Source: Escherichia phage adrianh. From it: 64,000 nucleotides of DNA. The notes beneath the pieces were generated by a model. The model worked only from the letters and a program-made list of their open reading frames with translations. It did no database searches and was not told where the DNA came from. The stretch lies in sequence record MN850614.1; one strand, given 5' to 3'. Below are positions 30,271-40,106 of this stretch, in pieces (the first letter of the stretch is position 1; each line of letters opens with the position of its first letter). The position numbers were made by a program, and so were the translations under genes.

Positions 30271-30786
30271 ATGTATCTGTCAAACCTAAAACGTTCTGCT
30301 GCAATGTCAGTGTTAAGACTTAGCTTTGAGGAACGTCAAGAGTTCATTGACTCCCACCAATACGACCCCTCAAACTCCAATCACATGATTCTCTGGAATC
30401 GTGAAAGTACTCGTGAAAGAGTACTATTCCGTTATTACCCACACTACACTATAGATAACCTGTATGAATGTTTTGTTGTGAAGAACACCATTGCAGTGCT
30501 CAATAAGCTTTGTAGATACACAGGTAGTCAATCCTTCACATTAGGCCACCACAAACCTGTTACAAAGGGTGGTGAGCATCACTGTGCAAACTGGTTTATC
30601 CAAACTAAATCTGATAATCAGAAGCAAGGAGATAGCCTTCTAAACATCCCTAAGATGACCTATGAAGAGCAAGAGAAATATATCAAAAATAATATGCCAG
30701 ATGTGCTTGACAACAACTATACAGATTTGGCAATATCTCTCCTGTTAAAGTTTGAGACAGTTTATAGGGCAACTTACAATGGCTAA
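30271..30786 (+). CDS. HNH-like nuclease (His-Me finger)
   Basis: 171 aa; GHHKPVTKGGEHHCANW resembles an HNH core. Confidence 0.4.
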   Translation: MYLSNLKRSAAMSVLRLSFEERQEFIDSHQYDPSNSNHMILWNRESTRERVLFRYYPHYTIDNLYECFVVKNTIAVLNKLCRYTGSQSFTLGHHKPVTKGGEHHCANWFIQTKSDNQKQGDSLLNIPKMTYEEQEKYIKNNMPDVLDNNYTDLAISLLLKFETVYRATYNG

Positions 30787-31057
30787 AGAGAAGTGGGAGA
30801 TTTTACCACTAGTCAGTGAGGGTGGTAATGGCTGTGAAATGTACATGATACGTGGGCATGTTCCAGAACCAATTGCACTTGAGATGGTAAACAATTTTAC
30901 AGATGGCTCTTACAAAGATTTAGGAGAACCAACTGTCAAGCAACAATGGGTTAAACCTGTACCAGACAGCACAGGTAACTGTAGTGTACTTTATCACGTT
31001 GTAGACCCTGCAAAATGCAAATCTGCAATGGCAGTAACAAACGTAACTTTTGATTGA
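30779..31057 (+). CDS. Hypothetical protein
   Basis: Start at ATG 30779 overlapping the upstream stop. Confidence 0.4.
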   Translation: MAKEKWEILPLVSEGGNGCEMYMIRGHVPEPIALEMVNNFTDGSYKDLGEPTVKQQWVKPVPDSTGNCSVLYHVVDPAKCKSAMAVTNVTFD

Positions 31058-31067
31058 GAGAAAAACT

Positions 31068-31949
31068 ATGAAGACATCTATTCGTGTTATAATTCATTCA
31101 CCGACAAAAGGGTCTCATGAAGAAGAGTTTAACATCATCCAGTTCCCTTCTGGTGAGATTGGTGGACACTTTTCACAAGAGCTTGTTGATTTTACTGCTT
31201 ATGCAGCATCATCTATCAACAATGTGATTATGATTGTAAAAGGTTATGATAAGGACACATTGTTTGCTGTGGCACTCGCTAAAGAAGCAATTGATGATTT
31301 AATTCCTCATGATTATGCCTTAAAGACTGTCATCTTTTACTACTTACCAAATGCACGATATGACCGTCACATGTTTAAAGGTGATGCAGCAGCTTTGAAG
31401 GTTTTTGCTAAACAGGTTAATGCAATGGGGTTTGGTGCAGTATGTGCAGTTGACCCTCACAGCTATGTACCAGATAACCTGTTTGACTGCTTCCAAAGTA
31501 TTCCTCAAAATGAAATTGCAGTCCACTATGCAAATGACCCACTGGTTGATTACTTAGTAGCCCCAGATGCAGGTGCTGCTAAGAAGATTGCAGAGACTGC
31601 TAAAGAGGTGGATAAACCATATATCACAATGTCTAAGGTGCGCAACCTTAAAACTGGTGAAATTACTGGTATGCGAATCCTTGATGATGTTGATTTGACC
31701 GATAAAACTGTTATGATTCTCGACGACATCTGTGATGGCGGTCGAACCTTCATAGAAGCAGCTAAACATCTTCGTGAAGCAGGTGCAAAACGTGTGGAAC
31801 TCTATGTAACACATGGTATCTTCTCTAAAGGGGTTGAAAACCTTCTTGACAATGGTATTGACCACATCTACACTACAAACTCTTTAGGGGAAGCTAAAGA
31901 CCGTGGTTTAACACATTATGGTCAAGTTACTGTAGCAAACCTTGATTAA
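31068..31949 (+). CDS. Ribose-phosphate pyrophosphokinase family protein (PRPP-synthetase-like)
   Basis: PRPP-synthetase-like segment MILDDICDGGRTFIEAAKHLREAGAKRVELYVTHGIFS; start placed at ATG 31068 with GAGAGAAAA RBS. Confidence 0.8.
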   Translation: MKTSIRVIIHSPTKGSHEEEFNIIQFPSGEIGGHFSQELVDFTAYAASSINNVIMIVKGYDKDTLFAVALAKEAIDDLIPHDYALKTVIFYYLPNARYDRHMFKGDAAALKVFAKQVNAMGFGAVCAVDPHSYVPDNLFDCFQSIPQNEIAVHYANDPLVDYLVAPDAGAAKKIAETAKEVDKPYITMSKVRNLKTGEITGMRILDDVDLTDKTVMILDDICDGGRTFIEAAKHLREAGAKRVELYVTHGIFSKGVENLLDNGIDHIYTTNSLGEAKDRGLTHYGQVTVANLD

Positions 31950-31957
31950 AACTTTAT

Positions 31958-31981
31958 AGGGGGCTTTCAAGCCCCATTTTG
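31958..31981 (+). terminator. Terminator-like hairpin
   Basis: GGGGC-TTTCAA-GCCCC hairpin followed by ATTTT. Confidence 0.45.
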
Positions 31982-31995
31982 AGAGAGATTAAAAG

Positions 31996-33777
31996 ATGAC
32001 TAAATCACTTTATGCAGTACCAGCAGGTTTAAACGCAGATGCTTACAAATCTGGTCATGTTTACCAGTACCCTAGTGCAACAGATTACTTGATGTTTAAC
32101 CTGACACCACGTAGTGATAAATGGTTTAACAGCCCTTTAGCAATTGATGGTGTAGTGGCTTTTGGTATTCAACGTTTTGTTAAAGATTACTTAATAGACC
32201 ACTGGAACGCCACCTTCTTTGAACGTGACAAAAAAGAAGCAATTGATGAAATCTTAGAAGTCATGAACGGTGTTCTGGGTAAAGATGCTATTGGTCGAGA
32301 ACATTGGGAAGCACTTCACGACTTAGGTTATCTACCAGTTGAAGTATACGCTGTAGAAGAAGGTACAGTTGTCCCTATGCGTGTTCCAATGATTGTATTC
32401 CAGAACACTGTTTCAGGTTTCCATTGGGTAGCGGGATATCTGGAAGATGCTTTCTCTGCTGAGATTTGGAAGGCTTGTACCATTGCAACTATTGCATTGC
32501 ACTACAAACGTATCTGTAAGAAGTGGTCTGACCTTACTTGTGACAACGACTTGCATTTACCTTATCAGTGCCATGACTTTGCTATGCGTGGTATGTCCGG
32601 CTTTACCGATGACGCATTTAACGCTGTAGGTCACTTAACCAGCTTTAAAGGGACTGATAGCTTCCCTGCTGTGTATACAGCTAAACGCATCTATGGGCAG
32701 TCCTATCCAATTTCCGATATTGGTGGTTCTGTACCAGCCACTGAACACTCTGTCATGTGTGCAAACATTGCTTGGGAAGGTGGGAATGAGTTAATTGAAG
32801 AAGAAAGACGCTTTAAAGGTGAGTTACAAACCTTCCGTCGTTTCTTAACAGAAACTTACCCAACTGGTATTGTAAGTATTGTTTCAGACACTTATAATTT
32901 CTGGAGAACTGTATCAGTGATACTCCCAGAACTCCGTAAAGAGATTATGGAACGTGATGGCAAACTGGTAATTCGTCCTGACTCTGGCGACCCTGTACAT
33001 ATTGTCACAGGTTATAAAGCAATCCACTTAGAGTGTGCTAAAAAGGCTTATTACGAACACCTAAGCAAGCTTGAAGCCAGCGACACAATGTTGAATACTG
33101 TTCTGAACATGAAGCTTGAAAACATCAACTACGGCATTGCTGGGTGGCTACTGTCAGAAGGTTACGAAATGGTTGTTGACAGAGAAGACTTTGAAGTTGC
33201 TGATACAGTGATGTTGAAAAATGCTTATATGGTTGGTTCTGCAAACGTTGTAACACGTCCTGTAGCAGAGATTGATGGAGCTATCAAGACACTGTATAAC
33301 ATCTTTGGGGGAACTATCAACTCTAAAGGTTTTAAAGTACTGGATGAGCACATCGGACTTATTTATGGTGACTCTATCACGTTGGAACGTGCAAACGAAA
33401 TCTTGAAGCGTTTGTATGAAATGGGTTTTGCAAGCTCTAACGTAGTGTTTGGTGTAGGCTCTTACACTTACCAGTACATGACTCGTGACACCTTTGCATT
33501 TGCTGTCAAAGCAACTCTTGCAAGCATTGGTGGTAAAGAGATTATGCTTGCAAAAGACCCTAAAACAGATAGTGGTGTTAAGAAATCTGCCTTTGGTGGT
33601 GTAGCACCTATGTGGGATGGTGATAAGCTGAAAGCTGTAGATGGCTATGGATTCCAGAGTTTTGCAGATGTACTTGACCACCAAGCTTGTGCTTTACGTT
33701 TAGTCTTTAGCGACTCTGAGCAGTTCGGTTATACAACTCTTGGAGATATTCGAAATAATATTGACAAGCAGCTTTAA
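31996..33777 (+). CDS. Nicotinamide phosphoribosyltransferase family protein (NAMPT-like)
   Basis: 593 aa; NAMPT-like motifs NADAYKSGHVYQYP, CHDFAMRGMSG, FKGTDS, VSDTYN, IRPDSGDP. Confidence 0.85.
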   Translation: MTKSLYAVPAGLNADAYKSGHVYQYPSATDYLMFNLTPRSDKWFNSPLAIDGVVAFGIQRFVKDYLIDHWNATFFERDKKEAIDEILEVMNGVLGKDAIGREHWEALHDLGYLPVEVYAVEEGTVVPMRVPMIVFQNTVSGFHWVAGYLEDAFSAEIWKACTIATIALHYKRICKKWSDLTCDNDLHLPYQCHDFAMRGMSGFTDDAFNAVGHLTSFKGTDSFPAVYTAKRIYGQSYPISDIGGSVPATEHSVMCANIAWEGGNELIEEERRFKGELQTFRRFLTETYPTGIVSIVSDTYNFWRTVSVILPELRKEIMERDGKLVIRPDSGDPVHIVTGYKAIHLECAKKAYYEHLSKLEASDTMLNTVLNMKLENINYGIAGWLLSEGYEMVVDREDFEVADTVMLKNAYMVGSANVVTRPVAEIDGAIKTLYNIFGGTINSKGFKVLDEHIGLIYGDSITLERANEILKRLYEMGFASSNVVFGVGSYTYQYMTRDTFAFAVKATLASIGGKEIMLAKDPKTDSGVKKSAFGGVAPMWDGDKLKAVDGYGFQSFADVLDHQACALRLVFSDSEQFGYTTLGDIRNNIDKQL

Positions 33778-33791
33778 AAGTATATGATAAG

Positions 33792-33814
33792 AGGCTCCTA
33801 CGGGAGCCTTTTTA
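33792..33814 (+). terminator. Rho-independent terminator
   Basis: GGCTCC / GGAGCC hairpin followed by TTTTT. Confidence 0.6.
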
Positions 33815-33830
33815 ATTTCTGGAGAATGCT

Positions 33831-34175
33831 ATGGACAACCTTTCCATATGGTTTAACAAGAAACCTGTACAACCGAAATACTTACAAGTTGCCTATACAG
33901 ACATCCTTGAAGTTCTCGGTAAAGAAAAGTTTGAAAAGTTTTGTGAAGGCATCTACAATCATCACTGCCAATTTGCTACAAAAGAATGTATGTTTGTCAT
34001 AGAACAGTTCTTTGGCAGAGACCCAGATGACTACGAAGAGATTAGCTTTGTAATGAAATACATGATAGAGTATATTGAAAATCGTGGATTCGAAGTTAAT
34101 CCTGAATTTTATGAGCACGAGGGTGTACCTTTAGCAAAAGGTTTTGATGGAATACTTGTTAGCTGGACTTGGTGA
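33831..34175 (+). CDS. Hypothetical protein
   Basis: 114 aa. Confidence 0.45.
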   Translation: MDNLSIWFNKKPVQPKYLQVAYTDILEVLGKEKFEKFCEGIYNHHCQFATKECMFVIEQFFGRDPDDYEEISFVMKYMIEYIENRGFEVNPEFYEHEGVPLAKGFDGILVSWTW

Positions 34176-34516
34176 AAATTATGAAAATCAAAGAAATGAA
34201 CATCAATATTGTCTTAGAAGAACGCTGGGAGAACATCAAGAAGCCTGAAAATGGTCATAAGTTCCTCAACAAAATCTTAGTAGCAGCTAAAGAGGAACTG
34301 ACTGGCAAGGTTGCAGCGGCAATCACAATAAAGGTGTGTGTGAAAGGTCTTCCAGACAATCACCAATTTGCACTTGACGAGTTTAAAGAAAGCTTCTACA
34401 ATCCAAACAAACAGATGCTTGAAAGTAACTTTGCAGTATCTACAAGTATCGTCCATGACAGAAGCTTTATCCTTTACAAGAATATGAGAGGTGAGTTATG
34501 CAAGCATATTGGATAG
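34169..34516 (+). CDS. Hypothetical protein
   Basis: 115 aa. Confidence 0.45.
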   Translation: MVKIMKIKEMNINIVLEERWENIKKPENGHKFLNKILVAAKEELTGKVAAAITIKVCVKGLPDNHQFALDEFKESFYNPNKQMLESNFAVSTSIVHDRSFILYKNMRGELCKHIG

Positions 34517-34674
34517 AAATTTTACTGTCACTTGGTAGTGTAGCAGTGTTCGTATACCTTCTTTGCAAGTACTACGCAGAGCACAAAAAATGTGACTTCT
34601 GTAATGGGGAAGGTTATACAAGAGTAGGCTGTTGCCCTATATGTGGTGGTTCTGGTAAAATGTTTAATAAGTAA
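34498..34674 (+). CDS. Small membrane protein with CxxC zinc ribbon (58 aa), not in the ORF track
   Basis: ATG at 34498 with GAGAGGTGAG upstream; hydrophobic N-terminus then CDFCNG ... CPICGG. Confidence 0.4.
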   Translation: MQAYWIEILLSLGSVAVFVYLLCKYYAEHKKCDFCNGEGYTRVGCCPICGGSGKMFNK

Positions 34675-34702
34675 TTTAACAGCAAACTAAGAGGAAAGTA
34701 TT

Positions 34703-37069
34703 ATGCGCATGGTAAATGACCACGCAGAAGTGATTAAGAGTTCAACTTCTTTAGAGACGTCTCAAGCACAGATTACAATGACACCCGAAATGTTCAGCCT
34801 TTTGAGTTCTGGTGTATACACCTTTAAAGAAAGGGCAGTTATTCGTGAACTGTCATGTAACGCAGTAGATGCTCAGAAAGAGGCTGGAAAAGAGAACATT
34901 CCGTTCCATGTGCATTTACCTACTCGTTTTGAGCCTTACTTTGAAGTTCGTGATTTTGGAACTGGATTGACTCATGATAAAGTTATGAGTTTGTATCTAA
35001 ACTACGGGGCTTCTACGAAGAATGACTCTAATGACTACATTGGTGCAATGGGTATCGGCTCAAAATCCCCATTTGCAATTGCTCAGTCATTCACAGTGTC
35101 CAGTTATGTTGATGGTGTTGTTAATAAGTACTCTGTTTATCTTGAGAATGGTATTCCTCAAGTAACTAAGCTGACCACCAACCCAACAAAAGAACCTAAT
35201 GGTTTAGCTGTACGTGTAGCAGTTGCTGACCATCGTATCTCAAAGTTCTTTGAAGAGGCTGGTCACGTATACTCATACTTTGCTGTAAAACCGGAAAGTA
35301 ATATCGAGTATGACGATGTATTGTCAGATATGAACGTCATTGCCCGTGAAGAAGGTGTTTATGATGCCATGATTCATAAGCAAAGCTGGCGTTCTAGTGG
35401 TAACAGGACAGAGTTTAATGTAGTGATGGGTAACATTGCCTACCCTGTTAACATGGAAGCATTACTTGGTGATGATTTCTTCAAAGTCTTGCCAGAATTT
35501 TTCCGTAGGAGCGTAGACCTTGTAAACATCTATATGCCTATTGGTTCAGTTGCTATTGCAGCTTCTCGTGAAGCATTGCAGATGAATGATACAACAAAAA
35601 ATGTTATCATTGAGGCTACTAAAAAGATAACTGAAGCAATTACAAAGGATGTTATCAAGAAAGTTAACAACCAACCTACACTCATGGATGCTGCACAGGC
35701 TTATGCTGAGTTACGTTTGAACTCACGAGAGATGTTTAATGCTGTGTGTCCAAAGCTAGAGTGGGGAGGCATTAAGCTTGATTCTCTGGAAGAAGAATTA
35801 CTAAACATTCGTCGTGGGATTATCTACGCAGAAGACGGCTCAGTCATTTATGAACGTGACGGTAAAGGTAATATCAAGGTTGATAGGAACGGGAACAATA
35901 TCCCTAAAGTGGATTATCTTTATAATCCAGTTGCTTATGTCAAGTTCAACTCTTTAGAGAGTAAGATTCGTGCAACAGCACTTTCCTACACTCAAGAGGC
36001 AAGTATGTTCAATATCTTTGGTGCAATGCGTAAAAGCCAAATTGAACAGTTTTTGTTCGTGATTAATGACCGTCGTAATAAAAATGGCACTGAGAAGACT
36101 GTAGGCCGCAATCAGATTCTGCGTGGTGCATGTCGAGACTACGCTAACGAGTCAAGCCTGTTCCACAGATACAATGGTATTGTGTTTGTATTCTCGACTG
36201 AAAAAGAGTTAGATGATTTAATCAATCTACACAAGCTTGATAAAAGTTTGTTAAAGATTGTGAAGATGTCTGATAAGGAACACCATTATCAGCGTAAAGA
36301 AGCTGTGAGGGGTGTTGTAAAACTCTGGAAAGCTGTTCCATCAGAAACTAAAGCTTCATACACAGAGGTGTCAGAAGACCTAGATACAATTGAAGAACCC
36401 CAGCTTTATATCAAGGCAGTAGGCGACACAGTTGATGGTGAATGTTTTTGCTCATCCCCAGAAGATGTAGCTAAAACAATTGCTAATGTTATAGGAAAAA
36501 CAGTCTATGTTTTCCGAAAAGCAAATTGGAAAAAGATACCAGAAGACTGGATTGAAGTAGATGAGAAGCTATTGAATGACAGCTTAACTGATGTTCACTG
36601 GATTAATCATAACAGGTATATGACACGTATCTATATGAATGGTGTCCTTGACCTTACAAGTAGTTGGATTATTGCCAGAAACTTTACGTTTAATAACAAG
36701 AAGATTTCTCGCGGGTATTGCTATTCACGAGATACAAACAAAACCATCTTCTTAGAAGGTAATGAGAATGCTGTTGAGGCAATGTTTGGTAAGATTCAGT
36801 ATGTGGCTGCACCGTTTGCATACACTTACACTATCAGTGTTCTTCAGGATTTGAAGTCATGCCTTGACAATGATACAAAACTGTACAAAAAGATTAAGAA
36901 AGCGGGTGACCGCATGGTTATCAAACTGACAAACTATCTTTCAAAAAGAAAACAAGAAAACTTCTTGCTTTCTCATTTAGATTGGAATAAAGTGTCACCC
37001 ATCGAAGTGAGTAAGTTCTTAGGTTTTGATGTGAAGTGTGTTCCAGAAGGAACTACAATTTACGATTAA
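34703..37069 (+). CDS. rIIA-like protein (GHKL/HSP90-type ATPase N-terminal domain)
   Basis: 788 aa; ATPase boxes ELSCNAVDA and DFGTGL ... GAMGIGSKS; paired with the following gene. Confidence 0.5.
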   Translation: MRMVNDHAEVIKSSTSLETSQAQITMTPEMFSLLSSGVYTFKERAVIRELSCNAVDAQKEAGKENIPFHVHLPTRFEPYFEVRDFGTGLTHDKVMSLYLNYGASTKNDSNDYIGAMGIGSKSPFAIAQSFTVSSYVDGVVNKYSVYLENGIPQVTKLTTNPTKEPNGLAVRVAVADHRISKFFEEAGHVYSYFAVKPESNIEYDDVLSDMNVIAREEGVYDAMIHKQSWRSSGNRTEFNVVMGNIAYPVNMEALLGDDFFKVLPEFFRRSVDLVNIYMPIGSVAIAASREALQMNDTTKNVIIEATKKITEAITKDVIKKVNNQPTLMDAAQAYAELRLNSREMFNAVCPKLEWGGIKLDSLEEELLNIRRGIIYAEDGSVIYERDGKGNIKVDRNGNNIPKVDYLYNPVAYVKFNSLESKIRATALSYTQEASMFNIFGAMRKSQIEQFLFVINDRRNKNGTEKTVGRNQILRGACRDYANESSLFHRYNGIVFVFSTEKELDDLINLHKLDKSLLKIVKMSDKEHHYQRKEAVRGVVKLWKAVPSETKASYTEVSEDLDTIEEPQLYIKAVGDTVDGECFCSSPEDVAKTIANVIGKTVYVFRKANWKKIPEDWIEVDEKLLNDSLTDVHWINHNRYMTRIYMNGVLDLTSSWIIARNFTFNNKKISRGYCYSRDTNKTIFLEGNENAVEAMFGKIQYVAAPFAYTYTISVLQDLKSCLDNDTKLYKKIKKAGDRMVIKLTNYLSKRKQENFLLSHLDWNKVSPIEVSKFLGFDVKCVPEGTTIYD

Positions 37070-37074
37070 AGTGT

Positions 37075-37104
37075 TTGACAAGGGGCTTCGAAGCCCCTTA
37101 GAAT
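37075..37104 (+). promoter_or_regulatory. Promoter-like element with palindromic spacer
   Basis: TTGACA, spacer formed by palindrome AGGGGCTTCGAAGCCCC, then TAGAAT; could equally be a weak terminator for the upstream gene. Confidence 0.35.
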
Positions 37105-37148
37105 AGCCTTACAAAATGATTTATTAACTAACAAGAGAGAGTAATAAG

Positions 37149-38258
37149 ATGACTACTAAAACTAAAGCACAGATTGACGCAGAAATTTACGAACTGGTTA
37201 AAGAAGGTAAGCTGACTAAAACAGCTATTGCACAGAAGTTCAATACTTCAACCCGTTCAGTTGGTCGTGCTGTAGAGCGTCATGAAGCAACCTTAAAAGG
37301 TAAGAAAAAGGTAGCTTCTAAACCAGCTACGAAGACTTTGAAGCAAGTTGCTAAATCAGTTAAAAAGAAAGCTGACAAACCAGTTGAAAAGGTTGTTAAA
37401 GAGCCTGTACAGAAAGCTCCGGTAAATAAACTGCATGAAGCTATGCAGAATGGCAACCAGATTGAGTACATGATTACTGGCGACTCTGTTATCATGACTT
37501 TCGGTGCAGATTCTGAAATCGTTGAATCTACCCATCCGAACTACAAAGAAATCGTGATGGCTGTTGTATCCGGTGAGTATAAGAAAGCTTTCGAACTGAT
37601 GAACATTCGTAAGTCTATCGAAAACTTCACTCAGGGTGCTATCACCATCAAAGGTGACAAGTTATTCTATGGTGCTGTTGAGATGCGTTCTACTCTGGTT
37701 GACCGTATTCTTCACATGATGAAGACTGGAGATAAGGGTTTTGAACGCCTTGTGATGTTCTTCGAAAAACTGATGGAAAACCCATCTAAAGACTCTGTAG
37801 AACAACTTTGGGGATTCGTATCTCACCTTGATGTTGAAATTGATGAAGAAGGCTACATCATTGGTTGGAAGAAAGTCTCTACTCATGAAGGCAAGCTGGT
37901 TGACTCCCACACCTACAGAGTACCTAATGATTTGGGTAACATTGTAGAAATGCCACGTTGGATGGTTGATAATAACCGTAACGTGACTTGCTCTCAGGGT
38001 CTTCACGTTGGTGCTTGGGATTATGTTCGTTGCTTCTCAGGTGATACAATCCTGAAGGTTCGTGTCCATCCACGAGATGTTGTATCTGTTCCAACTGATT
38101 ACAACGATATGAAGATGCGTTCGTCTCGTTATGAAGTTGCAGCAATCGTTGATAATCAACGTAAAGTGCTGAAAGAATGGGATGGCAAGACTGAAGCTTT
38201 GCATGTCATCGTTGGCACTGCTGGTGAACTAATCTCCCAACGTAAACGTGAAATCTAA
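37149..38258 (+). CDS. rIIB-like protein
   Basis: 369 aa immediately downstream of the rIIA-like gene; assignment by position and size only. Confidence 0.4.
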   Translation: MTTKTKAQIDAEIYELVKEGKLTKTAIAQKFNTSTRSVGRAVERHEATLKGKKKVASKPATKTLKQVAKSVKKKADKPVEKVVKEPVQKAPVNKLHEAMQNGNQIEYMITGDSVIMTFGADSEIVESTHPNYKEIVMAVVSGEYKKAFELMNIRKSIENFTQGAITIKGDKLFYGAVEMRSTLVDRILHMMKTGDKGFERLVMFFEKLMENPSKDSVEQLWGFVSHLDVEIDEEGYIIGWKKVSTHEGKLVDSHTYRVPNDLGNIVEMPRWMVDNNRNVTCSQGLHVGAWDYVRCFSGDTILKVRVHPRDVVSVPTDYNDMKMRSSRYEVAAIVDNQRKVLKEWDGKTEALHVIVGTAGELISQRKREI

Positions 38259-38274
38259 TAAGTAATTTCTTAAA

Positions 38275-38298
38275 AGGCTGCTTCGGCGGCCTTTTTTA
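38275..38298 (+). terminator. Rho-independent terminator
   Basis: GGCTGC-TTCG-GCGGCC hairpin followed by TTTTTT. Confidence 0.65.
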
Positions 38299-38358
38299 TT
38301 TGTATTTTGTGCAGAGTGCTGTATAATTGTTGTCACGATAAACTAAACAGGAGAACCA

Positions 38359-38907
38359 ATGAAGAAATTGATTCTAGGTTTGTGCTTAATGTTTACAGCA
38401 CACTTATCTTATGCAGTTGACTGCCCAGAGCTATCAATTAGCCAAAAAGTAAACATGTTAAAAGCTTACCAGTATGGTGAGAATAACATGGGTAAAGGTT
38501 GGGGTATCACTCTAGCTGCTATAGCCTTACAAGAGTCAGAGTTAGGTCTGAAGGTAGAGAATAAAAAGACACATGATTATGGTATCTTCCAGAATCACTT
38601 GAAGACTGTTGTAAAGCGTAACAAAATCAGTCCTAATGTGGCTAAAAAGAAACTCTTAAAAGACTTTGACTATGCTGCTAAGGAAACTCACAAAGAGCTT
38701 GAGTTTTGGACAAAGGTGCATGGTCAGCCAAAGTCAAAGAAGACTTTACAAAAAGTCTTAGCATCATATAATGCTGGGTATTCGTACAGAATCCCTAAAG
38801 CTAAGAAATATTCTCAAGATGTTTATAACAATATGAAAGTAATTGCTCAATGTGAATTTGCAACAAACATTTCTAAGGTAAACCATGAAAAAATTAAGAA
38901 AGTCTGA
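38359..38907 (+). CDS. Secreted lytic-transglycosylase-like protein
   Basis: 182 aa; signal peptide MKKLILGLCLMFTAHLSYA; LQESELG ... DYGIFQ resembles the SLT catalytic region. Confidence 0.5.
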   Translation: MKKLILGLCLMFTAHLSYAVDCPELSISQKVNMLKAYQYGENNMGKGWGITLAAIALQESELGLKVENKKTHDYGIFQNHLKTVVKRNKISPNVAKKKLLKDFDYAAKETHKELEFWTKVHGQPKSKKTLQKVLASYNAGYSYRIPKAKKYSQDVYNNMKVIAQCEFATNISKVNHEKIKKV

Positions 38908-39580
38908 TGAAGTATTGTGCCATGCTTATGACTTACATCCTCATGAGTTAGTTCTTGATTCCTGTGTATGGACTCCAGAACAGTGCAGGGATTTTGAAGA
39001 CACCGCAAGAGAAGTTGTATGTTCACTTGAAGAGTTCCACACATCAGAGCCAATTGTGAATGTTGTAGATAAAGAGACTGGACAAACTATAGGTGTAAGT
39101 CGTGATAGCTTAGTCATAGTCAATAAAGACCTTGTAGAAAAAGGTAACCTCATCTTAGCAGATATTGATGGTGTTCTTACAAATTTTAATCACGAAGATT
39201 GCTCAACGGAATTGACTGATGGGTCATTCTCACAGTACACTAATCTTCTTGACTCTGTAAGAGCAAAACCAACGTATGTCTTTAGTATTATTGATGCAAT
39301 TGCTAATCATGCTGCCATTGGACTCTTGACAGCGAGAGGTGAATCTCAGAGAATACCTACTGAGATGTTTTTAAGGCACAATATAGAGCATGATTACTTG
39401 CTTTTTATGCGTGGTTTTGGAACTAACTCTATAAGTGCAGAAAGTTTGAAAGTGAGGATGATTCAGTCTTGCATTCTTCCTTACTTTAATATAGTATGTT
39501 TTATAGAAGATACAGAGAAGAATGTTCAGAAGGTAAACAGAATCCTTCCACACATTAAAACCATGTTAGTTAAACACTGA
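38885..39580 (+). CDS. HAD-family hydrolase-like protein
   Basis: 231 aa; ILADIDGVL resembles HAD motif I (DxDG). Confidence 0.35.
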   Translation: MKKLRKSDEVLCHAYDLHPHELVLDSCVWTPEQCRDFEDTAREVVCSLEEFHTSEPIVNVVDKETGQTIGVSRDSLVIVNKDLVEKGNLILADIDGVLTNFNHEDCSTELTDGSFSQYTNLLDSVRAKPTYVFSIIDAIANHAAIGLLTARGESQRIPTEMFLRHNIEHDYLLFMRGFGTNSISAESLKVRMIQSCILPYFNIVCFIEDTEKNVQKVNRILPHIKTMLVKH

Positions 39581-39589
39581 GAGAAACTT

Positions 39590-40054
39590 ATGAACAATAT
39601 CATTACGGTAGCACTGGACGTTACAGCAAACAAATCTGAAGTAGTTCGTAACATTATCAAGAGCAACTTTGAAGGTAAAATCTTCCGTGCTGTCAATGTA
39701 AAAGCAGACGGTAACATCCGGGAGTATCGTGCTCTTCTGAATGTTAAGAAACACGTAAAAGGTGCTGGTTCAACGACTGCACACAAAGAAAACCTGATGA
39801 CTATCTATGATATGGGTATGGCTTCAGAGTTAGGTACTGAAGGTATCGTTAAAGAAGGTGCTCCGTATCGCTCTTTCAATCTGGAAACTGCTCTTATGCT
39901 TTCCTTTACAAGTGGTTCTAAAACAACTACTTATCTCTTTACTGATGCTGCAACGGTATCTGCTATCAAGGATAGCACTGTCAAAGCTGGGGTAGCTGCT
40001 GCTGCAAAAGCTTCTTCGATGGCTGCAAATGTCCTTGCTAAAGTCCTCGGTTAA
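39590..40054 (+). CDS. Hypothetical protein
   Basis: 154 aa. Confidence 0.5.
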   Translation: MNNIITVALDVTANKSEVVRNIIKSNFEGKIFRAVNVKADGNIREYRALLNVKKHVKGAGSTTAHKENLMTIYDMGMASELGTEGIVKEGAPYRSFNLETALMLSFTSGSKTTTYLFTDAATVSAIKDSTVKAGVAAAAKASSMAANVLAKVLG

Positions 40055-40065
40055 GGTTAAGATAC

Positions 40066-40089
40066 AGGCTCCTTCGGGAGCCTTTTTCA
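40066..40089 (+). terminator. Rho-independent terminator
   Basis: AGGCTCC-TTCG-GGAGCCT hairpin followed by TTTTT. Confidence 0.65.
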
Positions 40090-40106
40090 TTTCAGGAGAT
40101 TGTTAA

